From Octopus sinensis (Eukaryota): a DNA stretch of 64,000 nucleotides. Positions 52,001 to 64,000 of the stretch are shown here, piece by piece. Position 1 is the stretch's first letter, and every line of letters begins with the position of its first letter. The notes under the pieces were generated by a model that worked only from the letters and a program-made list of their open reading frames with translations, was not told the DNA's origin and searched no databases. Made by a program: the position numbers and the translations under genes. The DNA lies in contig NC_042999.1 in the NCBI RefSeq assembly GCF_006345805.1, positions 162,130,001 through 162,194,000 on the forward strand, read 5' to 3'.

Positions 52001-55000
52001 CACGTACATTACGACGAGAAATAAACAACCATTTTGCTGTGTTCGTAGATCGCCTGACTTGTCTGTTATTTTAACTAAAGTTGAATGTGACGGGATCAGA
52101 TCGGACACCCCTCCAATGATACCGAATCTAGATCCTGTTACATAATAATAGGGTGGTTGCCTAAGGTAGAAAGGCTAGAAGTATAGATACAAAACATGAA
52201 AATAAATTTTAAAAGCATAATGAAGTAAAAATGAAACTGAAAATTTCGTACTCAACTATTTAGTAAATAGATAAATGGTATGAAACATTTCCCTATAGAA
52301 CAGCAATAAAGCTTAGCTTTCCAAATACCCAGAAGTCTAGTATATAAGGGGCTTGTTACAAGATAAACTATGATTATGTATTGTTATATTATCCAGAGAA
52401 GCTACTAACATGGAGTGGATGTCCCCAGAGAATACAGTAGAAATTTAGTACAATTTTTAACTATGTATTTCTATCAATAACACCTGCAAAATATGGTACA
52501 GAATTTCTAACTTGTAATAACATATTCCTCGCAAAGACATCCAGAATATGTGAGACAAATTCATATCAATTGTAACTATGGATTTCTGTCCACACAAACC
52601 ACAATAAAAGAAGTAATTGTAAACAGAAATTTTCTTTAATTTCTTTTTAATGGTTTTTTTTTTTTAATATTAAAAAAAATGAAGGTTTCTTAAAGATGAT
52701 GCTAGTATAGTTAATGTTGTTAAAATCTTAAAGTTTGTAAAGGCTGGAGAAAAAATTATTAAGTAAGCAAGTCCCTGGGTGATGTAACTATCAAGAATAA
52801 TTTGTTTTATGAAATCTTTAGTTTAGATACCAAAGGAGGAAGACACAGTTGCAAATGAACTGAAGCAAATCTTAATGAAATGACTTCTATCACTTTCCAA
52901 GGGAGTAAATATTAATATGTTATTCCTAAGTATTTGACTAGTGACCTCTCTGTTATGGTCAAACCAGTGAATTGGTAGAATCTTTACGGCCCTGGAGAGA
53001 ATGCTCTGCAGTATTTGTTCCACTTCTTGACACTATGTTCAAATCCTACCAAGTTCAACTTTGCCTCTAATTTTTTCAAGATTAGCAAATAAATTACCAA
53101 TTCAAGGTGACAACACAGTAAAATTACTAGAATATCAGACAAGACGCTTTGCAGTATCAATTCCCTCTTTTTATACTTTGACTGGGAAACTGGCAACAAC
53201 ATTGGTATCAAGCCATATCAGCCTTACATTTCTCTAAGATAAAATTGGTTGTGTGAAGAGGGGAGGATTTCATGCATGGGGTAATTGTTAGTCTTCCATA
53301 AAACACATTGCCCAAGCATACATCTTAGAGAGGAGCTTTCCACATGTAGATCAATAATCTCATGAAATGTGCAAAAAAACTCAGATATGTATCACTTTTA
53401 GAAGCAAAATAACATTTTAGGTAAAGCATTGGAATTTACAGCTTTAGAATTCAAGTGCAATGATAGTAAACATGTTTGGATAGTAAATGTATATTTCTTT
53501 ATTTTTTTTTATATTTCGTTATTGCCCACAAGGGGCTAAACATAGAGGGGACAAACAAGGATAGACAAAGGGATTAAGTCGATTACATCAACCTCAGTGC
53601 GAAACTGGTACTTTATTTAGCGACCCCGAAAGGATGAAAGGCAAAGTCGACTTCGGCGGAATTTGAACTCAGAACATAACGAAATACCGCTAAGCATTTC
53701 GCCCGGTGTGCTAACGTTTCTGCCGTAATTTTACACTCCTCAGTCCCCTACCAGTAGGGAAATCCCCATAAGAATGTTTCTGGAATACCTCCTTGCCTTT
53801 CTACATTCTTTGCCATGAGTTTGTTAAAAAAAGTCTAACCAGAGATGTTATTCAGCAACGAAAAAAGATGACAATAAAAGTAGTTACAAATGATTACTTA
53901 CCAGTGGTCCATTTAGTAATATAAGAAAATATATACTGTTTAAAGTTGTCATCGAAATACTTGTGGTGTGTCCGTAAGCCATCAAAAAAGGCCACATAAG
54001 TGGCTTGAGAGAGAGCTTTGGGAATTTTCTGCAATGTATATTAAAGAATTAAAGTCAAGTGGTAACTTAACATTCATCATCATCATCATTTAATATCTGT
54101 TTTCCATGCTGGCATGGGTTGGATGGTTTTGACGGGAGCTGTCAAGCTGAAGAGCTGCACCAGGCTCCATTATCTGCTTTGGCATGGTTTCTATGGCTGG
54201 ATGCCCTTCCAAGCACCAACAACTTTACAGAGTGTACTGGGTGCTTTTTATGTGGCACCAGTACCAGCACTTAATATTAATCTATAAAAAAAAATAATGT
54301 TAAAATATAGAAAGAGACACATGCAGACACATACACATGTATGAGTGTGTGTATATATGTATATATATATGTAGTATTATATATCCATCATGGCTGACCT
54401 TACCAATCAGTTTCATGCAAGAAACACTCAATGGAGTGTTAGGTGACAATCCGATTATATAACCTTATGCTCATCAGAGCATAAGGTTTGTTACCTAATG
54501 CTCCATTGGTTTCGTTGCGAAAAATCAATTAGTAAGATCAGCCATGATAGCTATATAATACTATATATTTTGGATAATATACCCATTCTATTGACAGATG
54601 TATGAGTGCATCATTTCCTTGACTTATGATCTGTTAGATGACTCACACACATACACACACATATAAAAGTAGTGTACCTGCTATTAATAAAAGGAAATTA
54701 AACTAGTAATTTTACTAGTAATTTTGTCTGTTAAAAACACATTTCAGTCTAACATGAATTATATCACTGATTTTGTATCTCTTCCCAATAATAACTTTTA
54801 TAATAGTTCAACCAATAATTCTTCACAATTTAGTAAACCTGACATGTGTAGCTTCAGAGGGAGGCGGGGTTGCCTTTTGAGTAACAATGGTTTCCAGATG
54901 AATATAGTACATAAATGTTCAGTCCATACATTCCATAAGATTCACCATTATATTGGAACCACAGCATCAAAATTCAAGTTAAGATAGGGTAGCCACTTAC

Positions 55001-58000
55001 ATTCCTTGAAGAACAGGCACAGATCATATATTTCATTAGCAAAGTTCATTTGGGATTTGAAGAATACAAATATTCATTACTCTATTTTGTAGACTGGACT
55101 TCCATATAAAGTGAGGTGAGCAGTTGTAAATTACATTGCATGTGGTACTTGAAATTCTAAGATGTAAATCTGAACTAATTAACAAACGTAATGCGTTGTT
55201 AATCCATTGGCCACACCAGATTAATAAAACCTTTTTGAGGATTCCATTTAACTAACCTATGTATTGTATTATATTATAAAACTTCATATAAATTTCTGTT
55301 GATTACACTTCATTTCACTTTGTTGTTATCATCCTTCTTTGATTTTTTTTCTATACTTATTGTTCTACAACAATTTTATCCTTTGTAACTCTCTAGAACT
55401 TTAATTTTACATTTATTTTCTCGCTCCCAATTATCTTATCACTTCCCACTGTAATTTTTCATTTTGCTGTATAACTATTTACTGGTTCCATTTAATACAG
55501 TGATATTTTTTTTTATCATTAATCTTTTGTGCTTTACATCTTTCAGCATTGAAGGGTTTAGTCAAACAAATTAAACATCTATTTATTTTTTATGACTTAT
55601 TCTACCAGTCTCTTTTACTGAACTGTTAAATTACAGGGATGGAAATAAACTGATATTGGTTGTCACATGGTGCAAGGGACAAACACAAACACACCCTCAC
55701 ACACATACATACATATATAAGATAGACTTCCACACAGTTTCCATCAACAAAATTCATTCTATATAAGATAGGCTTCCACACAGTTTCCATCAACAAAATT
55801 CACTCACAAAGCATTGGTTGGTCTGGGGTTATTACTGAAGAAAACTGCCCAAGATGCTGCACAGTGGAAACAGCTATGCCTGTACCTAATATTCATATAT
55901 ATCTTAAAGTATTGAGTTGGAAGAATCATTAACACACTGGGCAAAATGCTTAGCAACATTTCATTCATCTTACATTCTGAGTTCAAATAACAACTCTTTC
56001 ATAACATTCATCATATAGTATTATTAATTTCAATATGTAAAATTATATGTAGATTGGAACATCATGGTTTTATCTATAACACTGTGTAACAATTTTTTTT
56101 TTCTTATCTTTGGTCATTAAGTGTTATTTCCAATTTGCTTCTATCTAAAAATCAAAAGAAATGACTACTATTCCCTTCAAACATTGCTTTTGTGACCTGG
56201 ACATCAATGTTTTGTGACTGACCTATTTTCCAAGCAAATATTCTGCTCAGTTCCACAGATTTGCTTGTCAGTTGCCTGACTGTAACCCCTTGAGCATGTC
56301 CCTTAGCAGCTGACACTATGATCCTCTGCCCTGAATGAAATCTACAACCAAATCACAAGAACAACAAAGCTCTAATAAGGCACTTGAGCAACATACACAA
56401 TTTCCAAGTAAAGTACAAATCAAGAAAGACATGGGATCATATTTTAACAATCCAGTGCCCTTACTTGCACTCAAGGAAGATTTTGAAATCTCCAGCGATG
56501 AACAATGTAAGAAATAAATAAATTAGAAGCAAGATAACAAATGTTAAGAAACTACTCTGATCAATGCAAATGAACATTTTAATTTTTCTAAAGATAACTT
56601 GTATTAATTAGTAGGTTTTAGAATTTTTTTTTTTTTAATTATTCTATATAAATATTTGAGTTTTATAGATTTATGATTTATCAGATTGTATATGGTATAA
56701 TATCCTTCACCCGTCCCCTCATCTTTGTATAACTTGTCCACCTGATCCCTGTGATTGATAAAAAAAAATAATACTGTCACATCATCACCATCATCATCAT
56801 TATATTGTTTATATAAAATGGCTTTGGTGGCAATAATGAAGGAAGAATCATTACTTTTATTATTATGAAAAAACAATATTAAATACAAGAAGAAACTGAT
56901 TCCAGTTTGACAATTATTATCCACGGAGTGGCTGTGTGGTAAGTAGCTTGCTAACCAACCACATGGTTCTGGGTTCAGTCCCACTGCGTGGCATCTTGGG
57001 CAAGTGTCTTCTGCTATAGCCCCGGGCCGACCAATGCCTTGTGAGTGGATTTGGTAGACGGAAACTGAAAGAAGCTTGTCGTATATATGTATATATATAC
57101 ATATGTATGTGTGTGTGTTTGTGTGTCTGTGTTTGTTCCCCTAGTATTGCTTGACAACCGATGCTGTTGTGTTTACATCCCCATCACTTAGCAGTTCGGC
57201 AAAAAGAGACAGATAGAATAAGTACTGGGCTTACAAAAAGAATAAGTCCCGGGGTCGAGTTGCTCGACTAAAGGCAGTGCTCCAGCATGGCCGCAGTCAA
57301 ATGACTGAAACAAGTAAAAGAGTAAAGAGTAATTTCTAAGCATTATAAAACATTTTATTGAAGAGCAAAAATTTACTTAGAGAAGTAAATCACATTCCTG
57401 TGATGATAGTGAAAATAAAGTCAAAAAGATTTTATACATTTTTGGGTAATAATGAAAGCATTTTTTAAATTTTTATTTTCTCTCTCTGATCATTGATGAA
57501 GCTTCTTATGGTAATGTAAAACGAATTAATGAATGTCTTTAAAATGCAGCAAGTATTTATTATTATCAGAATACTTTCCATGCCAGATCAGACAGCAATA
57601 AATGGATGGAAGCACTCCGTCGGTTACGACGACGAGGGTTCCGGTTGATCCGATCAACAGAACAACCTGCTCGTGAAATTAACGTGTAAGTGGCTGAGCA
57701 CTCCACAGACACGTGTACCCTTAACGTAGTTCTCAGGGATATTCAGCGTGACACAGAGAGTGACAAGGCCGGCCCTCTGAAATACAGGTACAACAGAAAC
57801 AGGAAGTAAGAGTGAGAGAAAGAACCCCTGCCAGAGCCTCGTGGAGCTTTAGGTGCTTTCGCTCAATAAACACTCACAACGCCCGGTCTGGGAATTGAAA
57901 CAGCGATCCTACGACCGCGAGTCCGCTGCCCTAACCACTGGGCCATTGCACCTCCATAGCAATAAATATCACCAAGAGAGAACAACAATTCTAAGCTAAT

Positions 58001-58711
58001 GACTGATGTGATTTATCCCCAAAGCATGCTAAGTGCTGCTCAGTACATGGATCATTTGAGAGAGAACATCAGAGAAGTCACATCAAATATACGACACAAT
58101 AAGTAGAGAAGTCATTTCATATTGTAATGTCTTCTTCAAAACAGTTGTGTCACAGCAGCTACACATAACAGAATATAAACTTCAAAGAAGAAACCAAACA
58201 AAAATATTTATGATGTTATGAAATGTCAGTTTGTGAGAAATATGAAGAATCAGAGGAGAAAGCTAGATTCTTTTCAGTTAAGAATAAAGTATTTTACACA
58301 GTAACCAATAATCTAACAACATCAGCAACACATAGCTTTATGAAAAGAGAGGCAGCTGCCACCTGAGCTTTGACTTTATGACTAGTAAACTGGCATTTCT
58401 TAGGATACATCATGTCAATCGGCTGTATAGCTGAATATTTTGAAGAAGCAAGTTTAAAAATCTCATTGTCAAATAAATACCTGTTTGTCTCTAAGTGACT
58501 CTATAAAATGACCTCACTGCTATCAGAGGCTACCAAAAATTACAAATAATTTGGATGCCCTCAAAAAATGTAAATTATTGCAAGAAATATTGTGGAAATG
58601 TTTGTAAATTCTAAAGGAAATTGCTATGGCATGCAGTACTGTTAATAATGATAATCCTCTTTTATGTTGTCATGTGGAAACAAATGTATAAGGGTAGTAG
58701 TAGTAGTAGTA

Positions 58712-58749
<38 letters not shown>

Positions 58750-58869
58750 ACAACAACAACTTACATCAAGAATGACATCACTATAACCAGTTGGGATGGA
58801 CATTAGCATTGCAACATATTTTTCAGCCATGCGTGAAAATAGCAGTTCTTTGCTTTGATGCTTGGTAGG
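36931..58869 (-). CDS. FAM227B: FAM227B-like protein (FWWh family), 3' part: complement(join(36931..36985,37604..37681,42731..42891,48076..48218,51451..51570,53902..54028,58765..58869)); 5' exons not found in the window
   Basis: Phase-consistent exons encode [26 protein letters not shown]..., [41 protein letters not shown] and [16 protein letters not shown]. These align by recall with human FAM227B segments LFDRISESYVTLFMSIP, LAQAIYATF..FNDEFK..W.SG..PQKG and RVLFNFGGQSPLILYY. Confidence 0.82.
37604..37681 (-). CDS. FAM227B: FAM227B-like exon ([25 protein letters not shown]) following a U12 branch site
   Basis: Branch TTCCTTAAT at 37702-37694, AG acceptor 13 nt downstream of the branch A, donor |gtaata; frame matches the upstream exon. 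Confidence 0.65.
38497..38892 (+). mobile_element. Non-autonomous Helitron
   Basis: A|TC...hairpin...CTAG|T; high similarity to 12248-12641. Confidence 0.85.
39185..39465 (-). mobile_element. SINE family A, 3'-truncated
   Basis: Head and CORE-like part present. Confidence 0.85.
39591..40300 (-). mobile_element. 5'-truncated RTE LINE, relatively intact 3' ORF2
   Basis: DYKYLGSYI..., ORF 39602..40099 ([10 protein letters not shown]...[11 protein letters not shown]...RGR); (GAT)n tail. Confidence 0.88.
40365..40532 (-). mobile_element. SINE family B, 5' part
   Basis: tRNA-like head gtggaggcgcaatggcccagtgg on -. Confidence 0.8.
40550..41530 (-). mobile_element. Decayed R4/Dong-like non-LTR RT fragment
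   Basis: [24 protein letters not shown] and VLPIIKFVY segments. Confidence 0.6.
41754..41791 (-). ncRNA. Minimal type I hammerhead-ribozyme-like fold with a non-canonical core (CUGUUGA)
   Basis: TCTTT-CTGTTGA-A-GAGC agag GCTC-GAAA-CG-TA-AAAGA: 5-bp stem I, 4-bp stem II, palindromic ACGT stem III, GUA cleavage triplet. Confidence 0.62.
42190..42234 (-). ncRNA. Second, more degenerate hammerhead-like fold (CUGUAGA core)
   Basis: CCTTT-CTGTAGA-A-GAGC gtag GCTC-aaaac-GAAAAC-GTA-AAAGA; the GAAA region is disrupted by a small duplication. Confidence 0.45.
42731..42891 (-). CDS. FAM227B: FAM227B-like exon ([32 protein letters not shown]...QRTEK), ending at a U12-type donor ATATCCTTT
   Basis: Acceptor tttgtag|; 53 open codons plus AC, then atatcctttt. 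Confidence 0.85.
42960..43045. repeat. (CT)n microsatellite
   Basis: Direct reading. Confidence 0.97.
43500..44130 (-). mobile_element. Decayed Tc1/mariner (maT/DD37D-like) transposase fragment
   Basis: [29 protein letters not shown] and [10 protein letters not shown]-like segments. Confidence 0.6.
44130..45800 (-). mobile_element. Decayed RTE (BovB-like) LINE, endonuclease and early RT region
   Basis: MGNFNACLG...[17 protein letters not shown] and [18 protein letters not shown]. Confidence 0.75.
45850..46115 (-). mobile_element. Jockey/CR1-group RT fragment
   Basis: [27 protein letters not shown] resembles LSDHQYGFR..RSTGDLL. Confidence 0.55.
46772..47173 (-). mobile_element. SINE family A
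   Basis: Full copy. Confidence 0.9.
48076..48218 (-). CDS. FAM227B: FAM227B-like exon ([19 protein letters not shown]...KQKETRE)
   Basis: Acceptor ttattag|, donor |gtaaca; phases 1/0 bridge the neighbouring exons. Low sequence conservation. Confidence 0.75.
49365..50643 (+). mobile_element. Full-length (~1.28 kb) mariner transposon with an inactivated DD34D transposase
   Basis: TA TSDs at 49363-64 and 50644-45; ~30-bp TIRs; HTH region in ORF 49548..49853; [14 protein letters not shown] and [13 protein letters not shown]; frameshifts and stops. Confidence 0.92.
50749..51150 (+). mobile_element. SINE family A
   Basis: Full copy. Confidence 0.9.
51451..51570 (-). CDS. FAM227B: FAM227B-like exon ([39 protein letters not shown])
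   Basis: Acceptor ttttcag|, donor |gtaact; phases 1/1. Confidence 0.88.
51721..52142 (+). mobile_element. Solo LTR, 422 bp, Gypsy-type
   Basis: TGTAGT...GTTACA, 4-bp TSD TAAT/TAAT, internal AATAAA near 52019; homologous to 25110-25531. Confidence 0.88.
53515..53725 (-). mobile_element. SINE family C
   Basis: Family C body and tail. Confidence 0.85.
53902..54028 (-). CDS. FAM227B: FAM227B-like exon ([43 protein letters not shown])
   Basis: Acceptor ttgcag|, donor |gtaagt. Confidence 0.9.
56923..57331 (+). mobile_element. SINE family A
   Basis: Full copy. Confidence 0.9.
57604..57957 (-). mobile_element. SINE family B
   Basis: 10-bp TSD agcaataaat at 57594-57603 and 57958-57967. Confidence 0.88.
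58765..58869 (-). CDS. FAM227B: FAM227B-like exon ([35 protein letters not shown])
   Basis: Polypyrimidine acceptor ttttctatttacag|, donor |gtaagt, 35 codons. Confidence 0.88.
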
Positions 58870-59068
58870 CTGTAAATAGAAAAGAAAAGAAACAATCTCT
58901 AATTATGCAGTACAAAACATTAACTACAACCTATTTGGTGCCAAAAACAACAACAACACTAAGGGATGCTGTACCACTTGTTGAGACATTTAGAACCATA
59001 TTGTCACTAAACTAAGTGATCTGTTGGAAGACCTGTCTACATCATTGTTGGGTCATTCTCCTCAGCTA

Positions 59069-59424
<356 letters not shown>

Positions 59425-59637
59425 ATGTCATTTTGATGCTCATTTTCCAACACTGATGTGAGTCGGATGGATTTGCATCATGTTAACTTATCTGCAAAGT
59501 TCAATGTTCTCAGCTCTGACCAAGGTACATGATCGCATGTCATCCTTTATCAAGAATATCTTCCACTACCAAATGATTTCATCTGTATCATTCCTGTTAA
59601 ATTACATAACAACACCAATGTACACAACAACACCATA

Positions 59638-60058
59638 GGTGCAGGAGTGGCTGTGTGGTAAGTAGCTTGCTAACCAACCACATGGTTCCGGGTTCAGTCC
59701 CACTACGTGGCATCTTGGGCAAGTGTCTTCTGCTATAGCCCCGAGCCGACCAATGCCTTGTGAGTGGATTTGGTAGACGGAAACTGAAAGAAGCCTGTCG
59801 TATATATGTATATATATATGTATGTGCATGTTTGTGTGTCTGTGTTTGTCCCACTAGCATTGCTTGTCAACCGATGCTGGTGTGATTATATCCCCGTCAC
59901 TTAGCGGTTCGGCAAAAAGAGACCGATAGAATAAGTACTGGGCTTACAAAGAATAAATCCTGGGGTCGATTTGCTTGACTAAAGGCGGTGCCCCAGCATG
60001 GCTACAGTCAAATGACTGAAACAAGTAAAAGAGTAAAAGAGTAAAGAGTAAAAGAGAG
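59638..60058 (+). mobile_element. SINE family A
   Basis: Full copy. Confidence 0.9.
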
Positions 60059-60519
60059 TAGTTGTCTCTAAACAACGATGATCCGCTTTACCATCTCACT
60101 TGCACTTTTCTTTGGCATTTTTATGCAAAATTTCATCCTTCACAGGTTTAATTATTGACTATTTATTTCAAGTATTATTTCTCACTTTTCTTATAAATAA
60201 CAAAACTGGTATATTTCTTATTACATGTTTCAGAAAGGATTGGAATGTTGTAAATAATGGTTTCTATTTATTTATTTATTTAATTTTGAAAATCCTATGT
60301 AATTTTTTCTTTTCTATTGTTGGCTGTCACCATAGCAAAATAAACTATATATTTTCTTAAACCTCTACCACTCAATTATGTTTAAATTCTGAGATAATGA
60401 GTGCTTTTAAGGCTTGATTTATTATGATTCTCATATTTCATATGTAACTGAAACTGACCTTTACAATGTTCCTATTAAATAATATGGAAATTACAGCAGG
60501 ATAGAAAATTCTCACAGAA

Positions 60520-63500
60520 CATCATTATCATCATCTTTACTTAATGTCCGTTTTCTATGCTTGTATGGGTTGGATGGTTCGACTGAAAACTGGCAAGCTG
60601 GAGAGCTACACCAGGTTCCAATCTGATTTGATATGGTTTTTATGGTTGGATGCCCTTCCTAATGCCAACCACTCCAAAAAGTGTAGTGGTTACTTTTTAC
60701 ATACCACCAGCATGGTTGCCAGTTATACAGCATTGGCATCGGGCATGACTACGACCACACTTGGCGTGACAAGTCTTTTCAAGCATGGTGTATTGCCAAC
60801 GGTGGAGGTGTAATGGCCCAGTGGTTAGGGCAGCGGACTCGCGGTCGTAGGATCGCGGTTTCGATTCCCAGACCGGGCGTTGTGAGTGTTTATTGAGCAA
60901 AAACACCTAAAAGCTCCACAAGGCTCCGGCAGGGGATGGTGGTGATCCCTGCTGTACTCTTTCACCACAACTTTCTCTCACTCTTACTTCCTGTTTCTGT
61001 TGTACCTGTATTTCAAAGGGCCGGTCTTGTCACTCTCTGTTTCACGCTGAATATGTGTCACTGCGTTAAGGGTACACGTGTCTGTGGAGTGCTCAGCCAC
61101 TTACACATTAATTTCACGAGCAGGCTGTTCCGTTGATCGGATCAACCAGAACCCTCGTCGTCGTAACCGACGGAGTGCTTCCATCCCCATCCATAGTGCC
61201 ACTGATTTCAGTCTTTTGGCATCTCATCCCTAAGGTTCAACATCTTGAGGCTGGTCTTCACTGTTTCATCTCACATCTTCCTAAGATTCCCTCCTCCACA
61301 GGTTCTTCCCACATTTAGCAATCAGCACTTCTTTACACAACTGTCCTCATCTATATGCATCACATGCATCACTATATCAGTGCAGTCTTCTCTCTTGCAC
61401 ATTACATCTGATGCCTTTTATACTCAATTTTTCTTTCAACACAGTTGTACTTTGCAGTACATGTACATTCAGTGGAGCATGTTAGCTTCATTTTTTTCTA
61501 GTCCTCACATGTCCTCTGTATTCATAGCCTAAGTTTCACCACCATGCAGTATTGATGTTTGTAAACAAGCATCATACAATCTGCTTTTTACTCTAAGAGA
61601 GTCCTTTTGTTACCATCAATGCAATGTACTCTAGTAGCTATACATTCAGAGCATATCCTTCCACTGCTAATTAGGTCATGTAGGTAACAGAAATTATCTA
61701 TTACATCTAAGGATCCTACAGGGCATTCCAGAAAAATCTATTTCACGTGTGTTATTAGTGTTTATTGCAGCAGTATATATGCCACAAAGGAAGTTTACTT
61801 TCTCTGCTAACCTTCCTTTGATTCCGCTGCACATTTTATGTATCCATAGTTTGCATTGAGTACACCATGTAGAATTTCTACCTACATCTTTTCTAAATAG
61901 TGAATAGGGCCAGTTACCTGAAGGGATTAACATCCTATCTGTTTTTCCTACTAAGAACTTTGGTCTGTGTTAAGTTAAACTTAAGGTCCTTTGATTATAG
62001 GATTTGCTTCCACATCTGGAATTTCATTTCTAATTCTACTACAGTTTCAGCTATAAGAACAAGGTCATTGGCACAGAGGAGTTTCCATAGGCAACCAGTC
62101 TTAAATTCCTCAGTTGTAGATAGGAAGACTACAATAAATAGGAAAGGAATGACAACTGAACCCTAGTGAACTCCTACTTGCACACTAAATTCATTGCTGT
62201 ACTCATGCCCAACTCTCACCTTACATGGCTAGAACAATTCTCACCAGCCATGCAGTGACCACAAGATGAAGCAGCAAGCAACCTGTCAAAGCTTTCTCCA
62301 GTACAGTGATTTACTTTTGCATAAATATTTCTCCTGAAGTTACCTTATGAGAAAGAGAGCATCAGTAGTGTTCTCCCAAGTACAAAACCAAACTGTATTT
62401 AATTTAACTCTCTTCCTAATTAGTTAACTTGTAACTCTTTCTATACTTTCATGCTCAAGCCCAACAATTTTATCCCTCTGTAATTACTTCTAAGGCATCT
62501 CCTTTATCCTTATAACAGTTGACAATAATGCTGTTACACCAGCTGTTGGGTATGATACCTTCCTGTACAACTTGATTTACTATACAGGTGACTAGGCTGT
62601 ATCCCACTCCATCAGATATTTGAAGCATCTCAGTAATAATTAGTGGTGGGTCAGCATCTTTCCCTGTCTTCATATGGTGAAGCGTGATTTAAAGCCTAGG
62701 CCTATTTGGCTGCTATTTTTAGCACATGTGACAACCATCTCAATGACTGCAACAAAAATATTCAGTCGATAACCAAGTCCACTTTTTTAATACAAAGGGA
62801 CATCTCATGCGAGTAGTCAAATCAATAAAAGTGCATCCTTATTCTAGGCATGCCAAGATATAAGTAAATGCAGAATGAATTTCTAAAAATTCTTTGTCAC
62901 CCATAAAAGGTTCCCCATCACCCACCAAAATCTCAAATCGCCCACCATTTTCTAGAAATTCCCCCATCACCCACCTGTAAGTTGAAATCGCCCACTGGTG
63001 GGCAATACCGCTTCATCTATCATACTGCTGTCAACATGAATAGCAGAACCTGCTCTTTATTCCATTCATTCTCTATTATAGCACCTCCATGCTTCTTTGC
63101 TTTCAGAATCACTGTGTAGAAGTGCACGATTACCCTTCTGTACACACATCTCCACCACTTCTTGATTTCCTCTGAATCACTGCATCTTCTCCTCATGCCA
63201 TAGAACATTGATAAACCTCTTTCTTTCAGTTTCTTCCCTTGCTGTCTTCTAGCTTCTCTTCAAGCTACTTGCTATACTTTTCTGCTGCTCCCATTCTTCC
63301 AGTCCTGCCTCTTCATTTTTATGGCACTATATCCCTCACTGTTCCAACACCATGTCAACCTTAATCAGGTGGGACTTTACACCAGCAAGTTGTTCTATAA
63401 GGACTTCCATTTGTCTTGTATGTTATATATTTCTGTCTCTTCCTTCTCATCAAATGCTTCCATTAAAACTTATCTAAATCTCTAACTGTTAAAAGGATCC

Positions 63501-63890
63501 TTAAGCGTCCATATACTCCTTTTCCAGATAAGTTTGTCTCTGAGTCCAAGTAGCTCTTAGTTTTTGTTACTAACTACTAACCTATATTGTATAGTACATT
63601 CTTCACAAAAAAAGACTGCATTCACAAGAGTCTCCTTTACCTGTTTTTTGGTGAGAATGTAGTCAATCTGGTTTATGTGCCCACCAGATTGATAGTTGAT
63701 TAAGTGGCTGGTAGGCTTTCTGAGTTAGTGCTGCATATCAACCAACCAGTCAGTCACATCACAGAACTCCAGCAACCTTGTTCTCTCCTCATTTCTAGAA
63801 TCAAATCTGTAAGCTCTGTGTATACCATGAAATCCAATGGAGTGCTACCTAACATGTCTGATGAAACCACCTGCCTCAAATTGATGCATG
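60520..63890 (-). mobile_element. Long decayed RTE-like LINE (endonuclease end, RT, Cys-rich domain, family D 3' UTR) with SINE-B nested at 60803-61182
   Basis: NQIDYILTKK; MKTGK...GIIPNSWCNSIIVNCYKDKGDALE; CTQCKLWIHKMCSGIKGRL..FLCG; D-type 3' end at 60520-60800. Confidence 0.78.
60803..61182 (+). mobile_element. SINE family B
   Basis: Full copy. Confidence 0.9.
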
Positions 63891-63899
63891 TGTGTGTGG

Positions 63900-63901
63900 G
63901 A

Positions 63902-63975
<74 letters not shown>
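63900..63975. repeat. (GA)n microsatellite
   Basis: Direct reading. Confidence 0.97.
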
Positions 63976-63977
<2 letters not shown>

Positions 63978-64000
63978 TTGAACAGTGAGAATAATGCCTA

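Noticed and set aside
54820-55060. Possible extra FAM227B-like exon (gtaagt donor at 55000, [10 protein letters not shown] frame)
   Set aside because: There is no convincing acceptor, and the flanking exons at 58765 and 54028 already join in phase 0 and match the homolog contiguously.

Overview
AT-rich, repeat-dense animal DNA whose SINE, LINE and microsatellite content points to an octopus (Octopus sp.; inferred, not searched). Two spliced genes face each other tail-to-tail. The first is a complete 9-exon GALK2 (N-acetylgalactosamine kinase, GHMP family) on +: 4417-30005, 1407 nt CDS, 468 aa, all introns GT-AG and phase-consistent. The second is the 3' seven exons of a FAM227B-like gene on - (58869 down to 36931; its 5' exons were not found and probably lie beyond the window). 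It has a probable minor-spliceosome (U12) intron with unusual AT-AG ends. From recall, human GALK2 and FAM227B are neighbours in the same orientation. The introns hold three tRNA-derived SINE families, RTE/CR1/Tx1/R4-like LINE relics, a Penelope relic, solo LTRs with TSDs, mariner elements, Helitrons, TTAA MITEs and long perfect hairpins. The most unusual signals are two tandem ~200-bp units carrying minimal hammerhead-ribozyme folds with a shared non-canonical core inside the U12 intron, the AT-AG intron itself, and a tandem SINE array whose junction recurs at a second locus. Nearly all ORFs in the supplied track are repeat-derived artefacts. All calls were made by eye, without database searches; repeat boundaries are approximate unless TSDs are given.
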